DNA of 64,000 nt from Camelus ferus (taxonomy: Eukaryota): positions 21,950,001 through 22,014,000 of the forward strand of contig NC_045696.1 in the NCBI RefSeq assembly GCF_009834535.1, read 5' to 3'. The position numbers were made by a program, and so were the translations under genes. Below, one piece after another: positions 1 to 13,114 of this stretch (position 1 is its first letter; every line of letters starts with the position of its first letter). The notes below the pieces were generated by a model, which made no database searches, was not told the DNA's origin, and was given only the letters and a program-made list of their open reading frames with translations.

Positions 1-181
1 TTTAATGAGAAGCAGCTGATCACATGAGCAATATAGTAGACAGAGAATAGAAAGCAGGAGTGAGAAATGTGAAAAAAATGAGATGCAAAGGAGGATGATG
101 AATACCAGGCAATGCTTGGACCTGGAGGCCATGTTCAAATGTTTGGCCTTTATCTTAAGAGCAATGGGAATTCATTAAGGG

Positions 182-695
182 TTTTTTTTTTAAACTAGGT
201 ATTTTATTGAGGTATGACTGACATACAAAAACCCGTATAATTAAAGTATAAAATTTGATGAGTTTAGTGACAGCTATACACCCATGACACCATCACTACA
301 ATCAATGCCATAAACTTATTGATTACCTCCATAAGTTTCCTCCTTACCTCTTTGTGTTTTTTTGTGATAAGAACACTCAACAGAAGATCTATCTCTTAGC
401 AAACTTTTAAGCACAAGACAGTACTGTTAACTACAAGCACTATAATGTACAATTCATCTCTAGGACTTACTCATCTTGCGTAACTGAAACTTAGTACCCT
501 GTGACCAGCACCTCCCTGTGCCCCTTCCCCCCAGGCCCTGGCAGCTACCCTTCTACTCTGCTTCCTTGGGTTTGACTATTTTACATTCCTCATGCAAGTG
601 CAATTATGTAGTATTTGTCCTTCTGTGGTTGGCTTATTTCACTTAGCATAATGTCCTTCAGGATCATCTATATTGTCACAAATGGCAGGATTTCC
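182..695 (-). mobile_element. L1 3' end (L1MA/L1MB-class), 5'-truncated
   Basis: Poly-T at 182 followed by antisense L1 3'UTR motifs (ttttattgaggta..., gtatttgtccttctgtg..ggcttatttcacttagcataatgtcc, caaatggcaggatttcc). Preceded by an L2-like fragment at ~110-180. Confidence 0.85.
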
Positions 696-2938
696 AGAAA
701 TGACTCTGCTTCTTCAAGTGTTTTTTAAAGTAATATTCTTTACATAATTCCTTGATTGTATAAAAAAGAACTATTTGAATGTTTACAAATTACAAATCTC
801 CTAAATATATTTTAATTCTCTTTCATATTTAACCAATCAAAACCTAAAATCATCACGAAATTTTAATTTGCTTGAAAATAGTTGTGGTTACTGTTATTTT
901 TTTCTCAAATAGTATGAGCCTAGGTGGGATTCTTATAAACACACCTATGTTTACCCCCAAGGGCACACAATCGATTCTCTCTCACTTTTCCCAGAGAAAT
1001 ATCTGTATACAAATAGGAACAGTCTATTTTAAATTAATTAATGTCATGCTGTTCGTCTTCAATGTATCTTCAGTAAATAGATGGAAGGAAAGGGTAGCAG
1101 TAAACTGTGGCAAGTATGCCTACGGAATCCTAATTACAAAGTGTGTCCCCCCGCTGAAACATCCTTCCAGCACGTTCAGCTATCTTCTCTGCCCCCTCCT
1201 CTCTGAACTCTGAGTCCATGAGCAGCTCTTCTATACTGATTCTGTTACTTTGCTCCTCAGGGCTTCATGAAGGGTAAACACAGCTGGACTGTCAGCAAAG
1301 GTCTAATCTGGAAACCATCTCTATCATCGCTCTTGGAAACTTTTTTGGATCCACGCTAATTCCCGTCTTCAGTTCTTTGAAAGGATTCAGTTTTAGGGAA
1401 CTTTCATCAAACCAGCCATATCCTGCTATTTTTGTCACTTTTTTTTAATGTTTTTCTGAAAATGTAATTATAATTCCATCCATCGTAAGGTAGTTTTGTT
1501 TTTCACAAAATCAGAAGAAATGACGGTTTTCTATAGAGGTCCTTTGTGTCTTCTGGAGGACGATTTTCCTTTTAAAGAATACTTTTTCTGCATTAAAATT
1601 AACATGCCAACCCCCAAGCTGAGATCAGCTTCTGGGCTGCTGCTTGTTATTTTCGAACGTGTAAGCTTTGCGCTACAAGTTTCCCCTGCTGTCCGAAAGC
1701 AGAGCGTTCCTATGAAACCTTTCATAAGCCGAAATGGCCTAAAAGAAAGAAGCAATTACCTTAGGATACATTTTGCTAACGGATGCACAAAATAAATCAA
1801 GATAAAGTACAAGTGCTCACAGACACATTTCAAAGCTATGGTGCTTCATGCTGAGACGCTGCATGTCGTTCCCAGGGAAGCAGCTTGATGGCGCCACTCA
1901 CTGCTCAGGATGCACACTGCCTCTATAATGGCTGGCTACAAAACAAAGGCTGAAAGCTATTTTCGCTTTCCTTCTTTTTCATAAAAGCAAAAATCCTCTT
2001 AAAATTTCTTTCAGTTAGTGAAAAGAGGTACTAATGTAGGTCTTTCATAAAAGCAAAGTGGTATAAAGCAAACTTTGGAAAAGTGTGGCATACCTGTATT
2101 TGGTGAGTTTTCTTTGTCACTGAACTCATACTCTATCACGTTTATGGTCTGGTGATTCTTCCTTTTTTTTAATATTCTTCCTCTGTTTTCCTGTTGCTCC
2201 AATGCCAACTTAACCTGATTCATCTTCTATCAACACTCAATCCAGGGATTATGTCAATTACAAACAACACACTGTCACATGGAGTGTTGTTTCATGAGTC
2301 TATAACCAATGACTTCTTTTAATCATTATTTTCTGCTAAACACAGTATTTTCATCATTTTCATTGTTTCAGATATCGGGCTTGTGTAAATACTGAGAACC
2401 AATGGAACAGAATCACCTCTATCCTGGGTCTTGACAAGCTTTGACATAGTTAGCATAGTTTAGTATGCCATTCAAAATCTACATCTTGCAGGTGTTTATA
2501 TCTTCACTGATGCCTACTCTGCATTCATTTCCATTGTCATTATCATGTTGGGAGTATGATACCAGAGACAGAAAGAGGGCTGCCATTACATTACCCCTGC
2601 AGACAGAATGCCCAGGTCATTCGAATCCAGAACTTTTCTGTACTTAGATTGCCATGATCATGTTCTGTAAAATCACTACTCGCCCAGTAAGTTCTGCTAC
2701 CACAGAACAGCTAAAGACTTTGGGGAAGTAGCAAGTAGCAAGTAGGATGTCAGTGGCTATTTTCCTAAACTAGGCTGTTATATTACACAGCTATAATGAG
2801 GCCAAATTAATAATGACATAGTCACAAGCCATTAAAAAAATGGAAGAAAATTCTGTAGAATTTGCTTTTGGCATTGATGTTGCTATTCTATTAGAACAAC
2901 TTCTCTGTCACATCACCATTGTTTTGGTTTTCCACCTC

Positions 2939-3150
2939 TCTGTTTCTCTTTCTCTGTGTGTATATATATACACATACACACACACATATATCATGTATAC
3001 ATATACTTTCATCACAGGTAGATATAAATTACATATGATATATATATCATGTGTATGATAAGATATATATGCATGATTTGATACATAATATCACAAATTA
3101 TACATATTTGTCATGTATATGATATTGTATCACATGTGTGTATATGTGTG
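2939..3150. repeat. Degenerate (TC)/(TA)/(CA) low-complexity microsatellite region
   Basis: tgtgtgtatatatatacacatacacacacacatatatc... with reiterated gatatata/tatatc units. Confidence 0.8.
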
Positions 3151-4664
3151 GTAGGACGTGTGATGTACAGCAACAGAAAGACAGAGAGAGAAAAATGATA
3201 GACACATCTGTGAGGAAGATGTGCAGCTGTGGGTACAGTTATCCTGGTGAGAGCTGGTATGCGGATGCTTTCTTCTTTGTGCTTTTCAGTCCTCAGAAGT
3301 GCAAGAACTCTGCAAAGCAATCTATTACTTCCTGCACAATTCATTACCTACTCTTTGTATGTGTCACTCTACTTCTTTCAAAGGAAGCCAAAAAAAAAGT
3401 TGTTCAAAATAAATATTAAGAAATAGGTAGATATAGACAATTAGATTTTTCTATTTATCTCCGAAAATATGCTACTGTTGACCTGCCTTTGTAATACTAC
3501 TTGAGGGTCCTGATATCATCAATGGACAAATGGAAGTTCAGCTCTAAAGCAGTCATCTCATTTGCAGTGAAGTCACTGTAAAATTTTGGTCCTTCCAGCC
3601 ACTAGAAATTAATGTATCAGACCAGGTCAGCATTTTAATGAAAACCAAACAAAACTATTTTGGCTACTTTGGACACTGGCAATTCTATATGCAACAAAAT
3701 GTCTTCTGAGGTCAATGCAGAATTGCAATGTCAGCATTACAACAAACAGTACCTCAGGTCAGCAGTGCCAACATCAGTGATGTAAAGATCCTGTGGTTCT
3801 TTGGCAAGAGAAAAAATATTTCCCCTTTCTTATTCACCAAATTTTATATTATCTTATGACATCTTTTCTCTTCCAGTATATTTAGCTGTTCATAATAGTC
3901 TTCACTCCCTTTCCTAAACTTTTGGGCAGAGTTGTTCTGAGGCAGCTAGCACATTTAACTCCTTCAGAGCAGGTCTTCTCTCGCTTTCACCATTGATAGA
4001 CTATGTCATTTCCATATCAGATATATAATGCATAAAGAGCTTGGGCTTGAAAACTGCTATATCAACCACGAAAATCAATATTTAACTTGAGTTGCATGCA
4101 GTGTGCCTAATGAGAAATTTAATATTCTCTGCAGTATTTTTATTTCCTCAATGTTTGAAAATCTATCTAAACATGGATTAAAGAAAGAAAAATATATTTG
4201 TGAGGGTCTAGAAGTTTGATTCCCTTAGCTTAAATTTGTTGATCAGAGAAATCCGGTTGAAAATCATGTTAATGAAATCAAAAGTGACAAATTTAATTCA
4301 CAGGTTTCAAGGAGCATCTTTCAAAATACTGGCCAGAAATGTTTCCCTCATTGCAGACAATGGCGGCAAAAGAGCCTGATATCGGGGACAACTAAATCTG
4401 TGCCAAAGGGGAAAGGTGAACCAGTGTTAGTCAAAAGATGCCAATATGTGTGCACAGAAGCACACGGAGACACAACATGCTTTAAACCCTGCCCACCCTT
4501 CCTCGCAAGTCTTTTATATCTATGGTAAGGATTTCTAACAAAATCGTGGTGATTTCAGATTCAGTTAGTATTTCTAACAAAGCACAAACTTAGTTCTTTT
4601 AACAAAGGAACTGCCCAAATATTTTATATACCAAAAGAAGAGACCAGTCTACAAAACACAGCAT

Positions 4665-4825
4665 TGTGAGTTGAAAGGTACTAGCCTAGAAATCAGAATC
4701 CCTGCATTCTAGCCCAACCAGCTTTCCATTAACCAGCTGTGGGCTAGCTACGTTTCACCTATGTGGAGCCTAGTTTCCTTATCCATGAAATGAAGATGCT
4801 GGAAACAAGAATCCTTAGGGCTTTT
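4665..4825 (+). mobile_element. MIR-family SINE fragment
   Basis: Core-like gagcctagtttccttatccatgaaatgaag, preceded by ctagaaatcagaatccctgcattctagccc. Confidence 0.65.
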
Positions 4826-6339
4826 TTTAATAACACCCTATAAAATGAATCACTACTATCAGACAACTTACATGCCTGCCCTACTGACTGTCACCATCCT
4901 CCTGTGGATAAATGAACATTAGCCTTCAGCATGCACAAGTACCAGGATTTCTACAGGTCATTTTAGTAATGAGCTTCTCCTGGAAAAGTTCACTTTATTC
5001 CTGGGAGCAACTTAAACACTGAACATACAATCCTTCCTGCCAAACTAACTTCTAGAAAAGCTGAGAATGAGAGAATGGCTAACATGTTTTTTCCTACCTT
5101 TAGAATCATCAACTTTATCATATCTATACCAGATGCTCTATAATATATTCTTGGACTCTCAAGTACACATTTTTATGCATATTTGATTCTAGTTTATTTT
5201 CCTGTTTTTCATAAGTTATTTTCAAAATTAACAAACATTTGAAAATAACAAAAAGGCCTTGCTTAACTTACTAACACGCATGATTCTTTTTAAGCCCCAA
5301 GAGTTAGAGGTAAGCCAAATGATTTATTTTCTTCATCAACAGCAAACTTTTTATCTTCCTATCTTTCTGCCTAGAGCATTAAATATTTAAGAAACTGTTA
5401 ACAAGAAGTCTTTACTAAATCACTAAACTCACTAAATCACTGAAGCCAGAGGAACCAAACATTTCTTAGTCTCGGCCAGATTTATAATTTGCAAATTCGT
5501 GCTAAAAGCATTTTGCTTGGCACTTTCGTGTAAGTTCTAAAATACTCTTCAATTGCACTTTTAAAGTCTAGCATGTCAGTCTTTGGTTTCAAACAATTTG
5601 ACATTGCCCCTCCAAGACGCCTTTAAAAATAGCACCATCAAATTAGATAGGAACACAAAGATGAAACCCTTTGACTGAGTCTGGAACTATGTCATGTAAA
5701 ATGTCCAATATTTATTCTATTGTATAGGGGGAAAAGACAAAGCGGTACCTAACCCTTTAGTCAAACCTTAATTTGAAAGCAAGTTATTTAAGCTCATAGA
5801 CACATTTTAATTCTGAGTCACTAGGACCATTAATAAATGGATATAATTTTACACCAACTTCCAAAACTTATCTTTCTGCTTTCATAACATGTTTCTACTG
5901 GAGCAACTCTAAGACTCTTAGGATAACCTAATAAGCACCTCAAACTCCAGGTCTCCAGGAAGAGATAACAGGGAGAGAAAGCTGGACCTGGCTCCCCTTC
6001 AGCCCATCCAGCTCTCCTGCCCTCCTGGGCACACTCCTGATCTTTTCCTTCTTCCTGTGATGCAGCTCCGCCTTCCAGCTTCACCCTCTCTGCCCCGTCC
6101 TCAAAATGTCCTTTAGATCTTCATTCATTCCAAGTGCTTTGGGAGCCTAAAGTTGAGGCGCTGACTACAGAAGCCATACCACATTGCGGCAGATGTGTTC
6201 AGCCTGAAACCTCAGGGTTTTGTGCTTCGTTTAGCAAAATGAACTTCAGTGCAAGGTAGAAGTTCAGAATTTATATGTATTCATAATTCTTCATTACAAA
6301 AATAAAATATTTTATTAAACAGGAAGAAAAATGAACAAA

Positions 6340-7175
6340 GCTAAACTGTTAGATCTCAACCGCCCTTCCCAAGCCCACTCTCTATGTAAACCACCCCCTC
6401 AACCCCTAGCTCTTTCATAGCAAATGGCATAAACATCTACTCAGCTGTTCAAACCTGGGAGTCATTCTTGGTTCTGCTCTCTCCTTACTCTGCACATCAA
6501 CTTGTCTGCAAGTCTTGTCATTTCTACCCTTCAGATATATCTTGGATCCACCTACTTCCCTCGTCTTCCCTGCTGCTACCTTCATCCTCTGCCCTAAGAA
6601 TTTACTGCCTTTAAATGGGTTCCCTGTGTCTACTCTATCCCTTCCACACCACAGCAGCCAGGGTAAGGTTTTCAAAACAGAAATCTTTTCTGGTTTTAAC
6701 ATGTTCAAGGGCTTCATTCTGCAATTCAAATAAAACCCAGACTCCTTCTGGAGGCCTACAAAGCCATACAAATCCAAATACCTAATGGCCCTCTATCCAG
6801 TCTCATTTCACAACTCTTTATTCATTATGCTTCAACCACCTCGACCGCTTTTCAGCTGTTCAAATACAGCCTCTCACACCTCAAAGAAATTGCCCCTCCG
6901 TGGGTGCTTTTCCTCAGGATCCCATCTAGGCAGGTTTCCCACAACTTCCCCCCCAACTCACCCTATTGATCTTCATCACATCTGTTACCTTCATAGCACT
7001 TATCATCATCTATAAATATGTAGCTGCTTGTTTGCTTAACTCTTAACTGACTTTTTCTCTTCTACTAAACTGTTAGCTTCATGAAGGTAGAGGCCCCATT
7101 GCTACTGTATCATCTGTGCCCTGCTCAGTGCTGATTCCTAATAGGGGCTCAGTCAATATTGGTAGATGTGTGAAT
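6340..7175 (+). mobile_element. L2 LINE 3' region
   Basis: aacctgggagtcattcttg..., aataaaacccagactcctt..., and an L2 terminus (tgttagcttcatgaaggtagagg...ctcagtcaatattggtagatgtgtgaa). Confidence 0.75.
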
Positions 7176-7183
7176 TCCATTGA

Positions 7184-7592
7184 TGTTATGGGCTAAACTG
7201 TGTCTCCCCAAAATTCATATGTTAAAGTCCTAACTCCTCGTACCTCAAATGTAACCATGTTGGAAGAGAAGGTCTTTAAGGAGGTGAACAAGTTGAAATA
7301 AGGCCATTAAGGAGGGATCTAATCCATTCTGACTGGTGTCCTTTATAAGAAGAGAAAATTTAGACACAAAAAAAGAGACGTCAGAGATGCGTGCACACAG
7401 AAAAAGGCCCATGTGAGAGCACAGCAAGAAGGTGGCCGTCCGCAAGCCACAGAGAGAGGCCTCAGACAAATCAAACCTTCTAACACCTTGATAATGGACT
7501 TCTGGCCCCCAGAAGTTTAAGAAAACAAACTTCTGTTGTTTAAGTCATCCAGTCTGTAATGCTTTGCTATGCAGCCCTAGCAAACTGATATC
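7184..7592 (+). mobile_element. MaLR solo LTR (MLT1B-like)
   Basis: Starts TGTTATGGGCTAAACTGTGTCTCCCCAAAATTCATATGTT and ends ...GCAGCCCTAGCAAACTGATA; ~410 bp. Confidence 0.9.
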
Positions 7593-10442
7593 ATTGGAAC
7601 TAAAATGTAAGGAAAATAAATTACATTATATTCCTAAGTAGTATTGTTAATTATTTGAGTTACGTTTGGTCTTGAACTCATAGTCATAATACAGCATCCT
7701 GTGAATTCCAGATCTGTTCATGATCTAGCCAATCTGGTTAATAAAGACAGATAAATGATAAAATTTTCCACTTGGATTTGGAAAGCTTCAAAATTTTTCC
7801 ACAATGATTGGTCAAACTTATTTATCTGCATAAATAACAACTTTGACTAATATTTTGCTTCTGTAACATACTCATTTGAAAGCATGATTCTATCACTTGG
7901 CATGCCATTCAAGTTCAAAGATTATAAACAGAGTTTGTCACAGATTAAATACACTTATATAGAAATCTTGCCATTTTTTTGCCCATAGGGTTTAATGGGC
8001 TTCAGAATATTTGTTTCTTTTTGTTTTCATTTGGTGTTACATTCTTCAGCTCTTATTATCTCCTATACTTTAGGATTTTTTTTTAATTCATGAATATGAA
8101 GACAAATACACCAAATAAGATGTGGTTATGAAGTCATAGACTTGGATCTTCATACCTAGTTCCCTTAATCATTTCTCTCTCTCCTACCCAAGTTACCTCA
8201 TCAGAAATTATCTCATTTTACAAAGGAAAAAAAATTTATTTTTTTTCACAAAAATTTCAGTGTTGAATAGATGTCAAGAAACATTTTCAAGTTCCTTCAC
8301 AACTTCACTTCTCCTATTTAGAGTTTCAGGAAAAAATATTAAACTTCATTATTATTGAGAGAAGCAAGTCAATTCCTCCTTTTTTTTCCTCAGGAAAAAA
8401 GAGATTTTTAAAATTTGGCCTCTTTTGTCTGATTGCATAGTTAGCAGTGTCAACTCTTTCTTCCATAAACGGCTTCCAAACAGTCAAGTGCAACTAACCC
8501 ATACAGAGAACATAGTAAGTGTTCATAACGTCCTAAATGGATGAGAGGAAAAGGTGTTATGTTTTCCTGCAGACCATGGAGATACAGCACACCTAACACA
8601 ATGAAAGAGTTGGTGGCCATTTTCCTAAGATCGGTGGTTAGAGTTATAGAACACATGTCACATTTTTTTTAAATGGCCTCTTGTCCTCACTACTCAAACT
8701 GTGTTGCCTCGTAAAAATTTTTTATCACATTTGCCTTCCACCAAAGTGCTTTAGGTCAGACCAGGTGGCATGAGGTCAAGTTGGTAGCTTTTCTCCATTT
8801 TTCTCCATAATATGTCTGTTTCCCCCAAAAGGAGATCAGTTACCCATACTCTTTGTAGACATAATGGCTGAGCCTGATTCCAGTCAAAACATGGCACGCT
8901 GGCCTTCCCCAGTACTGTTGGTTTCCTATTTACTGCAGTGTGAATGTGGGAAGGGTCGGTGGTATATTCCTCCCTGCTCTGACCAGAAAGGAGCTACGTT
9001 GCTATCTCTTGCCCAAGCAAAAATAATGCAAGCAATCTAAAGTATTAGTATATAAACTTAGAAGCCATAGAAAGGAGTTGAACATATTTTAATAACTGAA
9101 AACATTCCATTTTTAATATAAAACTACACACTCAAATTTTGAGAGGGGAAGAGGACACCATATTCATAGCTGTGGCCTCCAGACTCTGTATCCTTCATTT
9201 TATATTAAATAATATTTCTCACAATTATCACTGCCAAGCCTCCCATATATCACCTATCACTATGGCATCATAGTAGTGCAGTTAATCTAATTAGGCCATA
9301 TTCAACTGCCTCTGTTAGGGAAATAAGATATACTTTCTCTTCTGCCAGAGTCATTATTGATTAAATGGAGAAAGGTTAGAAAGAGCATCTGTAAGCCCAG
9401 ATTTTCAGGCTTCTTGAGCCAAGATTAAAGTAGAGTTTGGGCAAAAAGTTGATTCCTGCATTTCCTCTAGTTGGTGGATTAAGCACTCAAGCAAATCACG
9501 AAGTTCAGGGAATTGCTTACTTGGGGGGAAATCACTCTCTATGTTTCAGTGCAAGTTAGCCCTAAACTTATAATTACACTCTCTGATCTGTGGACTGGTG
9601 TAGAAACATCAAATATGGAGACATGAAAATTAGCTCAGCTCTTGCAACCTGGTCCTTAAAGAACATTAGTCTGCTCCAATAATAAATGAAGGCAAGAACT
9701 AATTACTGCAGTGACAGCAGCTGGGGAGTGATGTCTCCAAGAGATAAAAAGGTTATCTTATGAGAACTAAACTAAGAAAGTCAAGTCATCATTAAATGTT
9801 GAAGGATGCATTTATTTTTGAGCAATATATAAGTGCAATTAATCAGGCTTTAGTATACACTATCTCAACTAAAGCTACCTAAATAATATTAGCACCTGGA
9901 TTTTTAAGCCTTAATTATGACTTAAGTGAACTCCTGATTTCCACCCTCAACAGTGGATACCTTTTCCTCTACTAGTAATTGCCATTTTGGTAAACAACTT
10001 TACCAGTACCCATTTATTTGCAATAAAATCTTGGAAATCATCTTTGATTCCTCTCATCCAATCCATTACCAAGTCCAGCCATTTCTATCTCAAAATGTAT
10101 CTCGTTCTGGCCCCCTCACTCCATCTCTAGCACAACCAGACCAGCCTGGGCCACCATCATCTCTCACCTGGTCAACTATTCTAGTCTTCCAATTTATTTC
10201 TCTCTACCTGACAGCCCACATTTTGCACTATACTTTCAACAAAGACAAATGATACTCTAGCTACTTTAGCTTGATACCCAGCCACCAATGACTTCCCATG
10301 ACTCTACAATAAAATCCCAGTTCCTTCCCAAGGTTTACCCAATCCTGCAGAATCTGGCCTCTGTTCACTTCTCTCATCTCTCAGTCTCCATCACCTTGCT
10401 CACTTTGTGATCTCCTCTCTGTTCTTCAAAAAAAAAGCCAAG

Positions 10443-10881
10443 TGTATTAGTTTCCTGGGGCTGCCAAAACAATTTGCCATGAATGAGTGTCTTAAAACAA
10501 CCGAAGTTTATTCGCTCATAGTTTTGGAGGCCAGAAGCTCGAAAGCAATGGCCATGCTTCCTCTGAAGGCTCTAGGAGAGAATCTTTCCCTGCCTCTTTC
10601 TGGCTCTGGTAACCCCAGGTAGCCCTGGGATTCTGGCAGTTTAGCCCCAACACCAGCCTCTGCCCTCACATGGCCTTCTCCTCTGGGTCTCTGTCTTCTC
10701 TCTGTCTGTTGGAGGGACACTTTACACCAGATTCATGGCCCACACAGCTAATCCAAGATGACCTCATGTCAAGACCTCTAACTTAATTACATCTGCAAAG
10801 ACTCCTTTTCTAAATAAGGTCACATTCACAGGTTCTGGGCTATAACTTATCTTTTTGGAGGCCACCATGCAACTCACTATA
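10443..10881 (-). mobile_element. MaLR solo LTR (MLT1C-like) with 5-bp TSD
   Basis: Begins tgtattagtttcctggggctgcc and ends caactcactata. Perfect TSD CCAAG at 10438-10442 and 10882-10886. Confidence 0.92.
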
Positions 10882-10916
10882 CCAAGGGTTTTTCATTTTT
10901 AGTCCTTTTAATTCTT

Positions 10917-11416
10917 TTTTTTAAATTGAAGTATAGTTGACTTATAATATTAGATTAGTCTCAGGTTTATAGCATAGTGATTCAGTATTTTCAGAGATTA
11001 TACTCCATTAAAAGTTGTTACAAGATAGATAATGGTTATAATTCTCTGTGCTGTATAATATATCCATGTTGCTAATCTATTTTATACATAGTAGTTTGTA
11101 TCACTTAATTGCATACTCCTAATTTGCCCCTATCTCCTCCCCTCCCCTTGGTAACCACTAGTTTGTTTTCTGTATCTGTGAGTCTGTTTTTGTCTTGCAT
11201 ATATATTCATTTGTTTTATTTTTTAGAGTCCACATACAAATGATATAAAATATTTATCTTTCTCTGTCTGACTTAGTTCACTAAGCATAGTAATCTCTAG
11301 GTCCATCCACTTTGCTGCAAATGGCAGAATTTCGTTCCTTTTTTATGGCTGAGTAGTATTCCATTGTATATTTATACCACATCTTCTTTATCTATTCATC
11401 TGTTGATGGACATTTG
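10917..11416 (-). mobile_element. L1 3' end (cetartiodactyl type), 5'-truncated
   Basis: Poly-T then aattgaagtatagttgac...ggtaaccactagtttg...tctctaggtccatcca. TSD gtccttttaattctt (10902-10916) / gtctttgtaattctt (11417-11431). Confidence 0.9.
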
Positions 11417-12102
11417 GTCTTTGTAATTCTTGTTTCCTCTGCTTGGAGCACTCTCTTCTAAGAATTCTGACTCATCATCCAGGTCTTCCCTCATATACTA
11501 TACACTGTCCTTACTCTGTCCATCCAACCCAAAATGGCCTCTCCTCATTGCTTTTTTTCCCCTCATCACCTGTTTATTCTCATCACAGAATACATCTAAA
11601 TCTGGGAGGTTTGTTCTGTTAACTACTTCTTATTGTTTGTCTCCCTTTCTAAAGTGAAACCTCCCTGAGGGCAGAAAATCTATCTGTCTTACTCACTGCT
11701 GAGTCCTGGCACCTAGCAGAATGCCCAGCATGAAATGGCTACTCAGTAAATATTTACTGAATACACAAATACAGTACCCACAACAACTCTGTGAAGTAGA
11801 ATAAAATTAGCCATCTGAGATGTAAACTTGGGGATAGGCTAACTCACAAATCAAATCAAAATCCAATTAAGAGGACCAGGACACAATCTCAAAAACATAT
11901 GGCTGAGTTATTATTGATATAATAAAAGATTATCTAATCAATTATATTGCAATTTATCTACAGAAGAAAAAGTCTTTTTTTATCTTCTGTCTATAGAAAG
12001 ATAATCTATTTGAAATCCAGAAAATGAGAAGTCATAAAAACAATAAAATAATAGCATGTTTCCAGGATGTGACAGATTACTCTCTTAAGGATCACAGTGA
12101 GT

Positions 12103-13114
12103 CAGGACTGGGTACATAATTTGTTGTGCCCAGTGCAAAATGAAAATGCAAAACCACTTGTAGAAAGGCAAGGAAATGTGTCAGGAATGTACTAAAAAAT
12201 AACAGACCTTTTTTTTTTTATTCTGCAGTCTCTCTCTCAACTATTATGATGTTTTTATTTATGTTTAATATCTTTCTAAATGAATAAAAATTAATATTTT
12301 AAGTTACTAATGTGAATTTTACCATTTATCTTGATAATGTGCAATGTTAGTTTTAAATGCAAATATGAGAGTGTTTAACTGGTACGTTAAATCATCAAAA
12401 TTACACAATTTATATTTTGGGGCTCATATATGCATGTGTATTTCATTCTTACCAGAAAAGTGGAAACAGCAGAAAACTAACTCAACTGTTTTTATTTTAC
12501 TTATAAATATATACACATTTTATTAACACTTTCTATCTTTGGCTTACTGGTGAGTAAAAAAATGGACTGAAAGGAAAAGGACTTATAGGTTGCTCTTTCC
12601 TTTACCTTCTGTGTCATCATTTTCATCATAAGAAGTTGGCTAATGCAAGGAAGTAAAATGAGTAATAAAGAATATAATAGGCTTCCTTGGTCACTTGTGT
12701 TTCTCATCACACCAGTGTGTTCTTTCTGCTTTCTAAGCATGCTCTGGTTAGAACAAAAAGCATGGCTTTGTGGGCTGTCAGCACCCTGCTTACTCAGTAC
12801 AAGTAACAAGCTTTAAGGCTCTCTGAACTCCCAGACACAGAAGTCCAATGGAATTCTATGCTCACAGAGCATCTTGAACACAGTATAAGAAAGGAGTGGC
12901 AAGAAAGAGCAGACACACATAATGCATGAATCACAGACATGCTCACCGACATGTTCCATTGTTCCATCGACTTCATTTATAAAACACAAGTTCAAAGAAT
13001 AACATTATTAAGAATTTCAAGACTGCAACAGCAGAGCATTAAACCAAGGGTGGGTCCCTTCAAATGTGGGCCCTGTGTGACTGTACAGGTCAAGTGACCT
13101 TGAAGTCAGTCCTG
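12103..13114 (-). mobile_element. hAT-Tip100 non-autonomous DNA transposon (MER45B-like), near full length
   Basis: Terminal inverted repeats CAGGACTG...CAGTCCTG. MER45 end motifs (tacataatttg..gcccagtgcaaaatgaaaatgc; aagaatttcaagac..cagcagagcattaaaccaag). 8-bp TSD cagtgagt/caacgagt (6 of 8 match). Confidence 0.88.

Larger units (their letters stand above)
9910..11765 (+). mobile_element. L2 LINE, interrupted by an MLT1 LTR and an L1
   Basis: L2 motifs at 9925-10430 (gaactcctgatttcc, aatcttggaaatcatctttgattcctctc, aataaaatcccagttcctt) and an L2 3' terminus at 11620-11765 (ctccctgagggcag...ctactcagtaaatatttactgaat). Confidence 0.75.

Noticed and set aside
1130..1250. Protein-looking minus-strand stretch (NRISIEELLMDSEFREEGAEKIAERAGRMFQRGDTLCN*)
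   Set aside because: Short, with no adequate acceptor or donor found and no recognised homology.
8900..8960. Possible pre-miRNA hairpin (ccttccc...gggaagg)
   Set aside because: Only ~7 bp pair cleanly and the inner stem is heavily interrupted; no known mature miRNA recognised.
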